This document shows positions 26,320 to 35,354 of a stretch of 35,808 nucleotides of DNA, piece by piece; within the stretch, counting starts at the first letter, position 1, and each line of letters begins with the position of its first letter. The translations under genes were made by a program, and so were the position numbers. The DNA lies in IMG/VR virus record IMGVR_UViG_3300046786_000603, positions 1 through 35,808 of that record; one strand, written 5' to 3'. The notes under the pieces were generated by a model. The model was not told where the DNA came from. It ran no database searches and saw nothing but the letters and a program-made list of their open reading frames with translations. Source of the stretch: a virus. Its lineage: Duplodnaviria; Caudoviricetes.

Positions 26320-27147
26320 ATGAACACAAAAAAAGAAAATGATCTAACCCCTGAAAATGGGACGATCGAAGATCCAAAGGAAGATCTTGAAATAATTCCT
26401 GAAGGAGAAGACGTTGAATTGGAAGACAAAGACGTGATTCCTTCCGAAGATGATGATGAAGGCGAAGACGATGGTGCAGAAGATGATCTTGAAGAAGATC
26501 CAACTCCTGAACCTGAACCGACTCCTGAACCACCAAAAAAGGAAGCTCCGGCAGTTGACTTTAAGAAGAAATTCGGAGACTCAACTCGCAGGAATCAAAT
26601 TGTAGAATCTCAACTAAAAGAGCTACAAAAAGTCATCGGAGACATTACACAACAAGAAATACCAACAGACGAGGAAATGAGAATCACCGATCCGGATTGG
26701 GAATATAGATCTGACTTCGAAAAGAATATGGCAGTGAAAACTGTTGTGCTCGAACGAAGACAGAATAAAATTTTCACTACGCTCGGCAATATCACAAAGG
26801 AAACTGAAGACTCATCGAAACTGGTTCAATACATTGAATCAGAACCAAAGTTGAAAGGAAAGGAAGACGACTTCTATGAATTCGCAACCAAACCTTCCAA
26901 CAAAGGTGCTTCAATGGAAGTCTTACTCGGAGCTTTTCTTTACGAAGTAAAAGACGAAGAGATCCCTAGTGATCCGAATCCAGATCCAAAACCGAAGGAA
27001 ACTCCCCCTAGATTATCTAGGGCAACCCCTACCGGTGGAAATCCCCCTTTGAAAAAGAATGTTGCTTACACTCCTGAAGAGATAAAGCACATTCGACTAA
27101 CAGATCACAAGAGATATAATAAACTTGTGCGTGAAGGGAAGATATAA
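26320..27147 (+). CDS. Scaffolding protein
   Basis: Acidic/Pro-rich N-terminus, coiled coil, basic C-terminal helix; precedes the capsid gene; start at ATG 26320. Confidence 0.8.
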   Translation: MNTKKENDLTPENGTIEDPKEDLEIIPEGEDVELEDKDVIPSEDDDEGEDDGAEDDLEEDPTPEPEPTPEPPKKEAPAVDFKKKFGDSTRRNQIVESQLKELQKVIGDITQQEIPTDEEMRITDPDWEYRSDFEKNMAVKTVVLERRQNKIFTTLGNITKETEDSSKLVQYIESEPKLKGKEDDFYEFATKPSNKGASMEVLLGAFLYEVKDEEIPSDPNPDPKPKETPPRLSRATPTGGNPPLKKNVAYTPEEIKHIRLTDHKRYNKLVREGKI

Positions 27148-27178
27148 TCTGAAAGTATTTCTCTAACAAAATATTTGA

Positions 27179-28267
27179 ATGGCTAATTTTGGAACAAATA
27201 CTGGCGAGAAATTCGCTAAAAATTCACTTAAGGTCTTCTTCGAAAGAGCAATAGCTCCTGATATCACAAATCAAGACTATGAAGGAGAAATCAAAGGTGG
27301 TGGTGCAGATCGCTTGAGCGTTCTCACCTTCGAAGCTCTATCTCTTAAAAATTATTCAGGTTCAGCATTGAGCGTGGATACTCCACAAGAGAGTGAAGCA
27401 CAGCTCGTTGTCAATCAAAAGAAAGCTTACTACTTCCAAATCGAAAGTTTTGCGAAGTTCTCTTCTTACGTTGAAGACGAAAGCTCAACACTTATCCAAA
27501 CAGCAGGAAAAACTCTTGCAAGAACTGTGGACAATTTCGTTCTAGGTTTGTATGGAGATGTTGCTTCAGGAAATCGTGTAGGAACTAACTATGTAACCGG
27601 AACAGTGACAGTTGATGTCACTACTGGTGCAGTTACAGGATCAGGAACAACTTTCACATCAGCGATGGTTGGTCTTGGATTCAAAGCTACTGGTCACTCT
27701 GTTTGGTATCGTGTCAAGACTTACACTTCAGCAACAGCAATTGTTATTGAAGACGACAAGGACGATGTGACATCAGCATATACTGGTGGTGCTATCGGTT
27801 CAGGTGCTTCTTATATCATCGAAGCTAACACTGCGATCACAGTTTCAAAGACTACAATCTTTGACTATCTTGTTGATCTAAAGACAATACTTGATGAAGA
27901 TGAGATCCCTGCTGAAGATCGTTGGGCAGTATTGCCACCTGCGATCGCAAACCTTCTTTTGAAATCAGCACAACTTCAAACAGCAGTTTCTACTGCATAC
28001 GAAGATGTGATCAAGAAAGGTATCATCGGATACGTTGCAGGATTTAAGATCTACTCAAACAATCAAGTTGCAGGTAACAATACAACTGGATACTACTGTT
28101 TGGCAGGTCACAAATCTTTCATAACAATGGCTATGGCTTTCACAGAGTCAGGCGTTGAAGACTTTATTGGTGGCTTCGGTCAAAACTTTAAGGGCTTGAA
28201 CTGTTATGGTGCAAAGGTTGCTGACGAACGCAGAAAAGCAGGTGCATATCTATTCGCAAAGGTCTAA
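27179..28267 (+). CDS. Major capsid protein (P22 coat-like) with beta-rich insertion
   Basis: N.DYEGEI..G, L...L.E..IP..DR..V.PP, IG.VAGFKIY.N, G..CYGAKV. Confidence 0.9.
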   Translation: MANFGTNTGEKFAKNSLKVFFERAIAPDITNQDYEGEIKGGGADRLSVLTFEALSLKNYSGSALSVDTPQESEAQLVVNQKKAYYFQIESFAKFSSYVEDESSTLIQTAGKTLARTVDNFVLGLYGDVASGNRVGTNYVTGTVTVDVTTGAVTGSGTTFTSAMVGLGFKATGHSVWYRVKTYTSATAIVIEDDKDDVTSAYTGGAIGSGASYIIEANTAITVSKTTIFDYLVDLKTILDEDEIPAEDRWAVLPPAIANLLLKSAQLQTAVSTAYEDVIKKGIIGYVAGFKIYSNNQVAGNNTTGYYCLAGHKSFITMAMAFTESGVEDFIGGFGQNFKGLNCYGAKVADERRKAGAYLFAKV

Positions 28268-28275
28268 ACCATTGC

Positions 28276-28332
28276 GATCAGATGTGATCTGATCATCTCT
28301 CTCTTTCTCCGGAAGGAGAGAGTTATCAGGTC
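28276..28332 (+). other. Overlapping alternative hairpins after the capsid gene
   Basis: GATCAGAT-GTG-ATCTGATC versus the long stem 28286-28307/28312-28332. Confidence 0.55.
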
Positions 28333-28369
28333 GAATCATTATAAGAAAGCTAACAAAACAAATATTCAA

Positions 28370-28591
28370 ATGAGTAAAACAGACGTAAAAGTATCACGTG
28401 CAGGTTCTAATAGAGCAGAGATCGAAGCTAAACGTGGAATCGTGCGTGATGAAGATGGAAAAATTCTTCGAACTCCTGAATGGAGAAAAGAAAGAATCGC
28501 TCATCTCGAAGCGAAGATTGAAGACTTCAAGACTCGCACAAAGAATGCTCTGAATGAAATCAAGGAGCAAAAGAAAGCTCTTGCAAAGTAA
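28370..28591 (+). CDS. Hypothetical protein (head region)
   Basis: Basic coiled coil. Confidence 0.65.
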   Translation: MSKTDVKVSRAGSNRAEIEAKRGIVRDEDGKILRTPEWRKERIAHLEAKIEDFKTRTKNALNEIKEQKKALAK

Positions 28592-28631
28592 TCGGTCGAA
28601 TTTTTATCAAATCTAATTTATATATATTTCA

Positions 28632-29054
28632 ATGGCAGATGTAATTTACAACAATTTTAAGAAGCTGATTATGAATGGTGGTATCGATCTTGATACTGAC
28701 ACAATCAAAGTTGCTCTTGTCACGAGTTCTTACACTCCTGATCAAGACGCTCACGACTTCTTCGATGATGTCACAAACGAAGTATCCGGAACAGGATATA
28801 CAGCAGGTGGAGCTTCTCTTGCCAACAAGGCAGTGACAGCAGACAACACTGATAATGAAGGCGTCTTTGACGCTGATGATGTAGCTTGGACAACTTCAAC
28901 AATCACAGCTCGTGGAGCAGTGATCTACAAGTCAACAGGAACAGCTTCAACTTCAGCTTTGATTTGTTATCTTGACTTCGGTTCAGATAAAACTTCAACA
29001 GCAGGAACTTTCACTATTGCGTGGAATGCTGAAGGTATTCTAAACCTTAACTAG
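28632..29054 (+). CDS. Virion structural protein
   Basis: IDLDTDTIKVAL..EVSGTGYTAGG..FDADDV.W..LICY.DFG pattern seen in phage structural modules. Confidence 0.7.
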   Translation: MADVIYNNFKKLIMNGGIDLDTDTIKVALVTSSYTPDQDAHDFFDDVTNEVSGTGYTAGGASLANKAVTADNTDNEGVFDADDVAWTTSTITARGAVIYKSTGTASTSALICYLDFGSDKTSTAGTFTIAWNAEGILNLN

Positions 29055-29066
29055 CTCTCTGTTTTG

Positions 29067-29127
29067 TTTGAGCTTTCTTACCGGACATTTCTTTGAAGTG
29101 TTCGGAATAGAGATCTTGAATCTCAAA
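29067..29127 (+). other. Long intergenic stem-loop
   Basis: CCGGACATTTC-TTT-GAAGTGTTCGG closed by TTTGAG/CTCAAA. Confidence 0.5.
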
Positions 29128-29134
29128 TATAAAA

Positions 29135-31039
29135 ATGGCAATACTTAATTTCACAGGTTGGGAACAAGGGAATACACTATCAATTGAAGCCGGAGACGAC
29201 TATCAACCTTTTCAAGGTTCTGGTGGAACTGGACAAGTAACATCTGCTCAAGCTAAACACGGAACATATTCCTTAAACTTTGCAAAAACTTCAACAAATA
29301 CAAAGTGGCAAGACTTCCCTACTGTTAGAGACGCAGATGGAAAAATAAATGGAAATAGTGGAAGCTATGCAGAAATGTATATTGAATTCTATTTTAGATA
29401 TGCAACAAAACCGAGTTCAGCATACGAAATGATAATGGAAGTAATGAGTTCAGGTGGAGATCCTATTGCCTTTCTTGCATTGAATAGTAGTGGAAATATT
29501 GTGGTCTATGATTTCAATAATTACAGCACACCTGTTTTGGTTGCAACTGGATCAACAGCGTTGTCTGCAAATACTTGGTATAAAGTTCAATTCAAAATTG
29601 TTGCCGGTTCAAGTGGAAGTTATCAATTGAAAATTGATGACACGAGTGACGCAAGTGGTTCTCGTTCTTGGGTTATAACAGTGAATACAAGAAAACTTTC
29701 TCTTGGTGTTCGAAGAGATTTCAACTCTCAAGATATTGATTTTTATCTTGATGATCTTGTTGTGAGTGATACTGCCTTTATTCTTACAAGTGGAGAACAC
29801 GCAGTGAAAGTTTTGAAACCAAATGCAAATGGTTCAACTATGCAATGGAATGGTGGAACTGGTGCAAGTGATTATACTCAAGTTGATGAAATTCCTATTG
29901 ATGACGCTGACTATGTGATGTCTCCTACTTCAGGAAGTCAGGTTGCATTGTTTGCTCTTCAAAGTCGTGCAGATGTCACTATCCAAAATGGAAATATTTA
30001 TGCAGTGAAAGCAATCACAATTTCAAGACGAAACTCTTCAAGTGGAACAAGCACGAAAGTTCGTATTCGTTCAGGTTCAACAAATAGTGACAATGCAAGT
30101 GGATTCAGTCATAACACTTTATCTTTAGGACTTGGTAGATTATTAGCGTTAGATCCTGCAACAGGTTCAGCTTGGACTGGTTCTGCTATTGATGCTCTTG
30201 AAATTGGAGAACTTGAAGAAAGTTCAGTAGCCACAAGAATGTTAAGTGCTTTAGCACACATTCTCTATGAAGTTCAAACTTCAGTGAGTGTCACTGTGAA
30301 TGCGACTGTGGTCTCAGCTACTTTTTCAATTCCTTCAAGGACTGTTACAGGTGGTGCAACTGCTTCACCTTCAGCTCAAGTTCTAACAGTTTCAATTCCA
30401 ACTTACACAGTGACAGCGATTCAGCACATAACTGTCTCCCCTTCTGTTTTGACTGCAACTTTTTCTATTCAAAGTGCAACAGAAATTATTGATGATAGTT
30501 ATTCTCCACCACAACCTTTCACTTTGACTTTCTCAATCCCTGCTTATTCAGTAGAAGCAGGAGCTATCACAGCAAATCCTTCTGTTCAAGTTTTGACTTT
30601 TACAATACCAACATACACAGTCAGTGCTATTGCGAATATTTCAATCTCCCCTTCAACTCAATCACTTACTTTTGGAATCCCTGCATATACTGCTTCAGGA
30701 GAACAAAGTGCTTCAGTCAGTGCTTCAGTTCAGATCCTAACTTTCTCAATACCGACATACACTGCGACAGCGACAGCAAATATTTCAACATCTGTCGGAG
30801 TTCAAGCGATGACATTCAGTATTCCTTCTTATGATCCAACTGTGAGCGTGAATATTGCTCCTAGTGTTCAAGTTCTGACATTCGGAATTCCTTCATATAG
30901 CATTGATGTCATTGCAAATATTTCAATATCTCCGGAATCAGCAATTCTCGTGATGAGCATTCCTTCATATACGCCTATTGCTGATTTTTGGCAAGAGAAG
31001 TTCCCTAATATTACAACTAATTGGAATGATAAATACTAA
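29135..31039 (+). CDS. Fibre/receptor-binding-like virion protein: lectin-like N-terminus plus tandem beta repeats
   Basis: LSANTWY.V..YLDDL ConA-like pattern; about ten SPS.Q.LTFSIP.YT repeats in 30280-31000. Confidence 0.65.
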   Translation: MAILNFTGWEQGNTLSIEAGDDYQPFQGSGGTGQVTSAQAKHGTYSLNFAKTSTNTKWQDFPTVRDADGKINGNSGSYAEMYIEFYFRYATKPSSAYEMIMEVMSSGGDPIAFLALNSSGNIVVYDFNNYSTPVLVATGSTALSANTWYKVQFKIVAGSSGSYQLKIDDTSDASGSRSWVITVNTRKLSLGVRRDFNSQDIDFYLDDLVVSDTAFILTSGEHAVKVLKPNANGSTMQWNGGTGASDYTQVDEIPIDDADYVMSPTSGSQVALFALQSRADVTIQNGNIYAVKAITISRRNSSSGTSTKVRIRSGSTNSDNASGFSHNTLSLGLGRLLALDPATGSAWTGSAIDALEIGELEESSVATRMLSALAHILYEVQTSVSVTVNATVVSATFSIPSRTVTGGATASPSAQVLTVSIPTYTVTAIQHITVSPSVLTATFSIQSATEIIDDSYSPPQPFTLTFSIPAYSVEAGAITANPSVQVLTFTIPTYTVSAIANISISPSTQSLTFGIPAYTASGEQSASVSASVQILTFSIPTYTATATANISTSVGVQAMTFSIPSYDPTVSVNIAPSVQVLTFGIPSYSIDVIANISISPESAILVMSIPSYTPIADFWQEKFPNITTNWNDKY

Positions 31040-32970
31040 TGCTTAAACAAGAACTAATAAAACAATATGATGGCTTCGGCAACAAGCGTCCACAAACAAG
31101 GGGAGAGCATTTTCGTTCGATGGGATTTTCTTTGTCTGCAAATGGAATGTCAGCAACTCGATATCAATCTTCTTATTTTGGAAGTTCAGATCTTTCGACT
31201 GCCTTCCCACAGTTCACAATTCTTGGATCGATCTATGCTTTTGCTTTTGGAAAAGCTCGTGGTCTTACTTCAATCACTTCATCAGAAGATAACTCATTCC
31301 TTTTGACAACACAGGGATATATTATGTCTCAAATAAATGGAGTAGCTACTCCCTTATTGCAGTATCCGGCAAATGTAGATCGAACTCACTTTGGAAATAC
31401 TCCAACAGGATTGATTGCTGATCAAAAGAATCGTCTTCTTTATGTTGGAGATCAATATCTTGGAAGGTTTGATCCGGCAGTGTCAGACGCTACGATGACA
31501 ATCTCTGTAACAAATGGATCTGTTGGTGTCACGAAGACAGCAGGGACAGACTTTGATTCAGGTATGGTCAACAAGATGATGAGAATCGTTTCAGGTTCGA
31601 CTTATTATTATCATCGTATTGCTACATATTCGAGTGCGACAAACGTGAATCTTCATAGTTTGATAACTCTTCCAACTGGATCATATACAGCGTATGTTCT
31701 TTCTTCTTGGGACGATCGATGGAAAGACTTTGGATCTTCAGTCACAGGAAATGTCCCAACTGAAACTTATGAAGACACAGTGCTTTTCGGTCGTGGAAAT
31801 AATATCACGACTCTAAACATCACGACTGATACAATCACGACTGACGCTTCCCCTGCTTTCAATCTTCCTTCAGGTTTTTCTATTGAGCATATTCACAAAG
31901 GAACGAATGGAATCCTTATTGGTTGCAACTTCCAAACAAAAGGAGTTGTTATGCTTTGGGACAATTTCTCTGATCGTTCAATCTCTCAATGGATAGATCT
32001 TCCTGATAAGCTTCTGTCTGTTTCAAAGTATGGTGGAAACTGGATCTTGATCACTACACGAGAAATTTTTATCACGAATGGATACTCTTTGACTTCACTC
32101 AAAGACAAATTTTTAGATTCAGATTTGAATCAAATAGCAATGACTGAAATTCCACAAAACTCACTCGTGATTGAAGATGATCTTTACTTCCCTATGAACT
32201 ATTCAGGTCAAGGAAAGCGAAGAGCAGGACTCTATAAAATGAATATAACATCAAAGCTTTTTGAGTTTTATCCACGAACAAATCTTGATCAATATAATCT
32301 TCGAACACATTCAATATATTATGTTGTGAGTCTTGGTCGTTTATATACAGGGTGCACAAACTTTCTTGATATTATTAGTTCAAGCAATCCAACAAATGCA
32401 GTCTTCATCACGAATCCGGTAGGAGAAGGAGAAACAAAAAAAATTGCAAAACAAATCAAAATAAATATTCGAGAAATTCTGACAAACTTTGATGTCGATA
32501 GCACGAAGTCATTTAAGATAATTGCAAAAATATATCCGATGAAAAAGCAAATGCTTCGATACGCTCAAGTAAAAACACTTCAGACTCTTGCAAATAAAAT
32601 TGTTGTTGATGAGACACTATTTCGTCCGGCAGTTGTCGGTGAAGAAGTTGAATTCCTTGAAGACAATAATGCAGGATATTCTCGCAATATCATATCAATC
32701 ACCGGTGGTGGAACTGCAACAGCAACCTATACTCTTGATCGTGATCTTCCTGCTCTTTCAGCTTCGAGTGATAATATAAACATCACATCGTTCGAACTGA
32801 TCAAAGTCAAAACATACACCACATCAGAAGATCTTGAAGAAGTTTTATTTGATATCAAGAATGCAATAAAAGGTCGTCACTTTATGATTAAGATAGAGTT
32901 TGAAGATCTGACAACTCCCCTTGAGCTTCCAACTATGTCTTTTATTTACGATGATCTCGGAATAATATAA
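31039..32970 (+). CDS. Tail nozzle/hub-like beta-rich protein
   Basis: 643 aa, beta-rich; position in a podovirus-type tail block. Confidence 0.55.
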   Translation: MLKQELIKQYDGFGNKRPQTRGEHFRSMGFSLSANGMSATRYQSSYFGSSDLSTAFPQFTILGSIYAFAFGKARGLTSITSSEDNSFLLTTQGYIMSQINGVATPLLQYPANVDRTHFGNTPTGLIADQKNRLLYVGDQYLGRFDPAVSDATMTISVTNGSVGVTKTAGTDFDSGMVNKMMRIVSGSTYYYHRIATYSSATNVNLHSLITLPTGSYTAYVLSSWDDRWKDFGSSVTGNVPTETYEDTVLFGRGNNITTLNITTDTITTDASPAFNLPSGFSIEHIHKGTNGILIGCNFQTKGVVMLWDNFSDRSISQWIDLPDKLLSVSKYGGNWILITTREIFITNGYSLTSLKDKFLDSDLNQIAMTEIPQNSLVIEDDLYFPMNYSGQGKRRAGLYKMNITSKLFEFYPRTNLDQYNLRTHSIYYVVSLGRLYTGCTNFLDIISSSNPTNAVFITNPVGEGETKKIAKQIKINIREILTNFDVDSTKSFKIIAKIYPMKKQMLRYAQVKTLQTLANKIVVDETLFRPAVVGEEVEFLEDNNAGYSRNIISITGGGTATATYTLDRDLPALSASSDNINITSFELIKVKTYTTSEDLEEVLFDIKNAIKGRHFMIKIEFEDLTTPLELPTMSFIYDDLGII

Positions 32971-33251
32971 TGGCAAAAGAAGAAAAAAAAGATCCAAATA
33001 TTCCTGAATTAGTAGAACCTTCTGAAGATCCAACTCCTTCATCGACTCCAAAGAAAGATTTGTTTGAATTCAAACCTGAAGACTACATCTCAATTTTGAA
33101 TGCTTTAAGAAATGTAAAAAAGCATATCACTGTTGCACCGACAGCTACACCGAAAACATTTTTTGATCAGATTCAGTTCTTGGACGATGGAGTTGATTTG
33201 CAAGTTTGGATTTGGGTGAATGGCACTTGGAGATATGTCGATCTCACATAG
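32970..33251 (+). CDS. Small tail-associated protein
   Basis: WIWVNGTWR fibre-type C-terminus; TAATG coupling. Confidence 0.55.
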   Translation: MAKEEKKDPNIPELVEPSEDPTPSSTPKKDLFEFKPEDYISILNALRNVKKHITVAPTATPKTFFDQIQFLDDGVDLQVWIWVNGTWRYVDLT

Positions 33252-33268
33252 CAAAATTATTATTTACT

Positions 33269-33277
33269 TGTTATAAT
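33269..33277 (+). promoter_or_regulatory. Extended -10 promoter
   Basis: TGTTATAAT 10 nt before ATG 33288. Confidence 0.55.
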
Positions 33278-33287
33278 ATAAATATAA

Positions 33288-34016
33288 ATGACATTTTTAG
33301 AAGCAAAAAAATCACTATGCAGAAAGTTAGATATCAACTACGATGATATCGCAAACAATGATCTATTCACAGATGAAGATCTTGGTGAATATATCAATGA
33401 AGCTTCCTATCGAGTATGGGATTTTCGTTCTTGGGATTGGGCAGAGCACGTCAGAACTGCAACTCTACTTGCAGGAGACATCACAAATGGGTATGTTGCA
33501 TATCCGACAGATATTCAACCTTCTTCGATCTTCCTTTTGGTGATCGATGGAAAAGAATATGAGAAGAAAAATTTCAAAAGTTATAAGAGATACTTTGAAA
33601 ACAATTCAAATGCAAATGATAAGTATTGGTCAGAGTTCAAGCGTATGATTTTCTTCAATGTGAATTCAGCTTCAGCAGGTCAAGTCATCGATGTCTATGG
33701 AAAGAAAAATTTTGTTGAGCTATCAGCGACAACAGATCTCCTTCCCTTCTCTCCGGATACTGACGCACAGCAATATTCAGGAAATGTGGCAGTCATCACT
33801 CTTGCATATTCAATGGCTCTTTCAAGTGATAAGAAAAAGAATCCACAACAAGGTCAAATTGAAGAGAAGAGAGCATTCGAAACTCTCGCAGTTTTAGCAA
33901 AACAATTGGAAGATGGTCGTGCTTCCGAACATTCAAAAGATTCTCCTATGTTCGATGTTCCTAATTTCTTCGGAAATAGATATGGAAGCACCGATCGTGG
34001 AAGATTTAGTCTATAA
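33288..34016 (+). CDS. Head-tail adaptor/gatekeeper-like protein
   Basis: MTF.E....L...L..YINEA...W....W pattern. Confidence 0.6.
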   Translation: MTFLEAKKSLCRKLDINYDDIANNDLFTDEDLGEYINEASYRVWDFRSWDWAEHVRTATLLAGDITNGYVAYPTDIQPSSIFLLVIDGKEYEKKNFKSYKRYFENNSNANDKYWSEFKRMIFFNVNSASAGQVIDVYGKKNFVELSATTDLLPFSPDTDAQQYSGNVAVITLAYSMALSSDKKKNPQQGQIEEKRAFETLAVLAKQLEDGRASEHSKDSPMFDVPNFFGNRYGSTDRGRFSL

Positions 34017-34024
34017 AAAATATA

Positions 34025-35338
34025 ATGGCACAAGCACCAACAAATACAATTTCAAATTCAGATGTCGAAGAATACAAAAAGAGAGTAACTGATTTGACTC
34101 TGGACAAAGGGTATCTTCAGTCTTCAGGAGTCAATCCGGCTTCGATCATCAAGACTCCGGTCGTAACACAAAAAGCTCCTATCGTAACACCAACATCGAC
34201 AGTCAATGCCGGTGGATCTTACGCAGTAAAGCAAGGTGATTCTCTTTCGAAGATCGCTTCACAAAATGGAATGACTCTTTCTCAACTTCTTGAATTGAAT
34301 CCAACATACAAAGCGAATCCAAACCTTGTGAAAGTAGGAGCTTCACTCAATGTGAATAAAGCACCTGTTGCTGATCCAACAAAAAACACAGTTGTCGCTG
34401 ATCCAACAAAGGTGACTCAAACTCCGGAACAGATCAAACTTGCTGAAGATACAAAACTTGCTGAAGAAGCAGGGAAGGCAGGTCTTTCTGTTTCTGAATA
34501 TCAAACTGTGATGAATACTCGAAACACTGTTTCGAAAGAAGAGTCTGACGCAATCGCAAAAGAACTTGGGATCACTGCTCTCGAAGGAGAAGTATTTAAG
34601 AAACCTTCGCAGTCATCTCAACAAGTTTATGATTCTGCTTATGCGACAGCAGGACTTGCTGACATCAAAGGAAAAATTGACGCATTGAACACAGAGATCG
34701 CAAAGGATCGTGCGAACCTTGCTGAAGCAGTTGGAACTATTGATGAGAATCCATTCCTGACAGAGAAGTCTCGTGTCGGTCGTGGAAAGCGTGTTCTTGA
34801 TCAAGCTGAAGCGAAGATCAATAATAAAATCGCTCAAGTGAAATCATATACAGATCTTTATACTGCCGGAGTGAATGAGATCAATAATCTTGTGACTCGA
34901 AATCAGAACGACTTCAATATCAATCAAACTGTGGACTCTGCAAAATTGAACTATCTTTTGAAGAAAGCTGAAACACAAGTTTCACAACTTCAAGACAAGA
35001 AAAATATTTCAGCGAATACAACTCTTGGTGCATACTTGAAAGCAAAACAAACAGGAAAAACTCCTGACGTGATCGGAACAAGCGACACAGGATATTTCAA
35101 ATATGATTCAGCGACAGGGAAGTTTGTTCAAGTGATCAAACCTGCTCCGAAATCAACTTCAGGATCTTCAGATACTTGGAAGCCTTCTTCAGGAGACAAA
35201 TCAGTTGTCGGTCAATTTATAAATAGTTCTGTTGGTGCAACTCTAGGATTCACTGACGCAGACAAAGCACGACTTGATACTGATCAGAACTTCTTTTACT
35301 GGGCTTTGAACAAAGCAAAGGAAGAAGGTTTTTACTAA
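34025..35338 (+). CDS. LysM-domain virion/ejection protein
   Basis: YAVKQGDSLSKIA..NG.TL.QLLELNP....NL.KVG.SL followed by a long helical region. Confidence 0.8.
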   Translation: MAQAPTNTISNSDVEEYKKRVTDLTLDKGYLQSSGVNPASIIKTPVVTQKAPIVTPTSTVNAGGSYAVKQGDSLSKIASQNGMTLSQLLELNPTYKANPNLVKVGASLNVNKAPVADPTKNTVVADPTKVTQTPEQIKLAEDTKLAEEAGKAGLSVSEYQTVMNTRNTVSKEESDAIAKELGITALEGEVFKKPSQSSQQVYDSAYATAGLADIKGKIDALNTEIAKDRANLAEAVGTIDENPFLTEKSRVGRGKRVLDQAEAKINNKIAQVKSYTDLYTAGVNEINNLVTRNQNDFNINQTVDSAKLNYLLKKAETQVSQLQDKKNISANTTLGAYLKAKQTGKTPDVIGTSDTGYFKYDSATGKFVQVIKPAPKSTSGSSDTWKPSSGDKSVVGQFINSSVGATLGFTDADKARLDTDQNFFYWALNKAKEEGFY

Positions 35339-35354
35339 CTAAATAAAAAAAGGA

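Noticed and set aside
29135-33251. Diversity-generating retroelement acting on tail genes
   Set aside because: No reverse transcriptase and no template/variable repeat pair seen.
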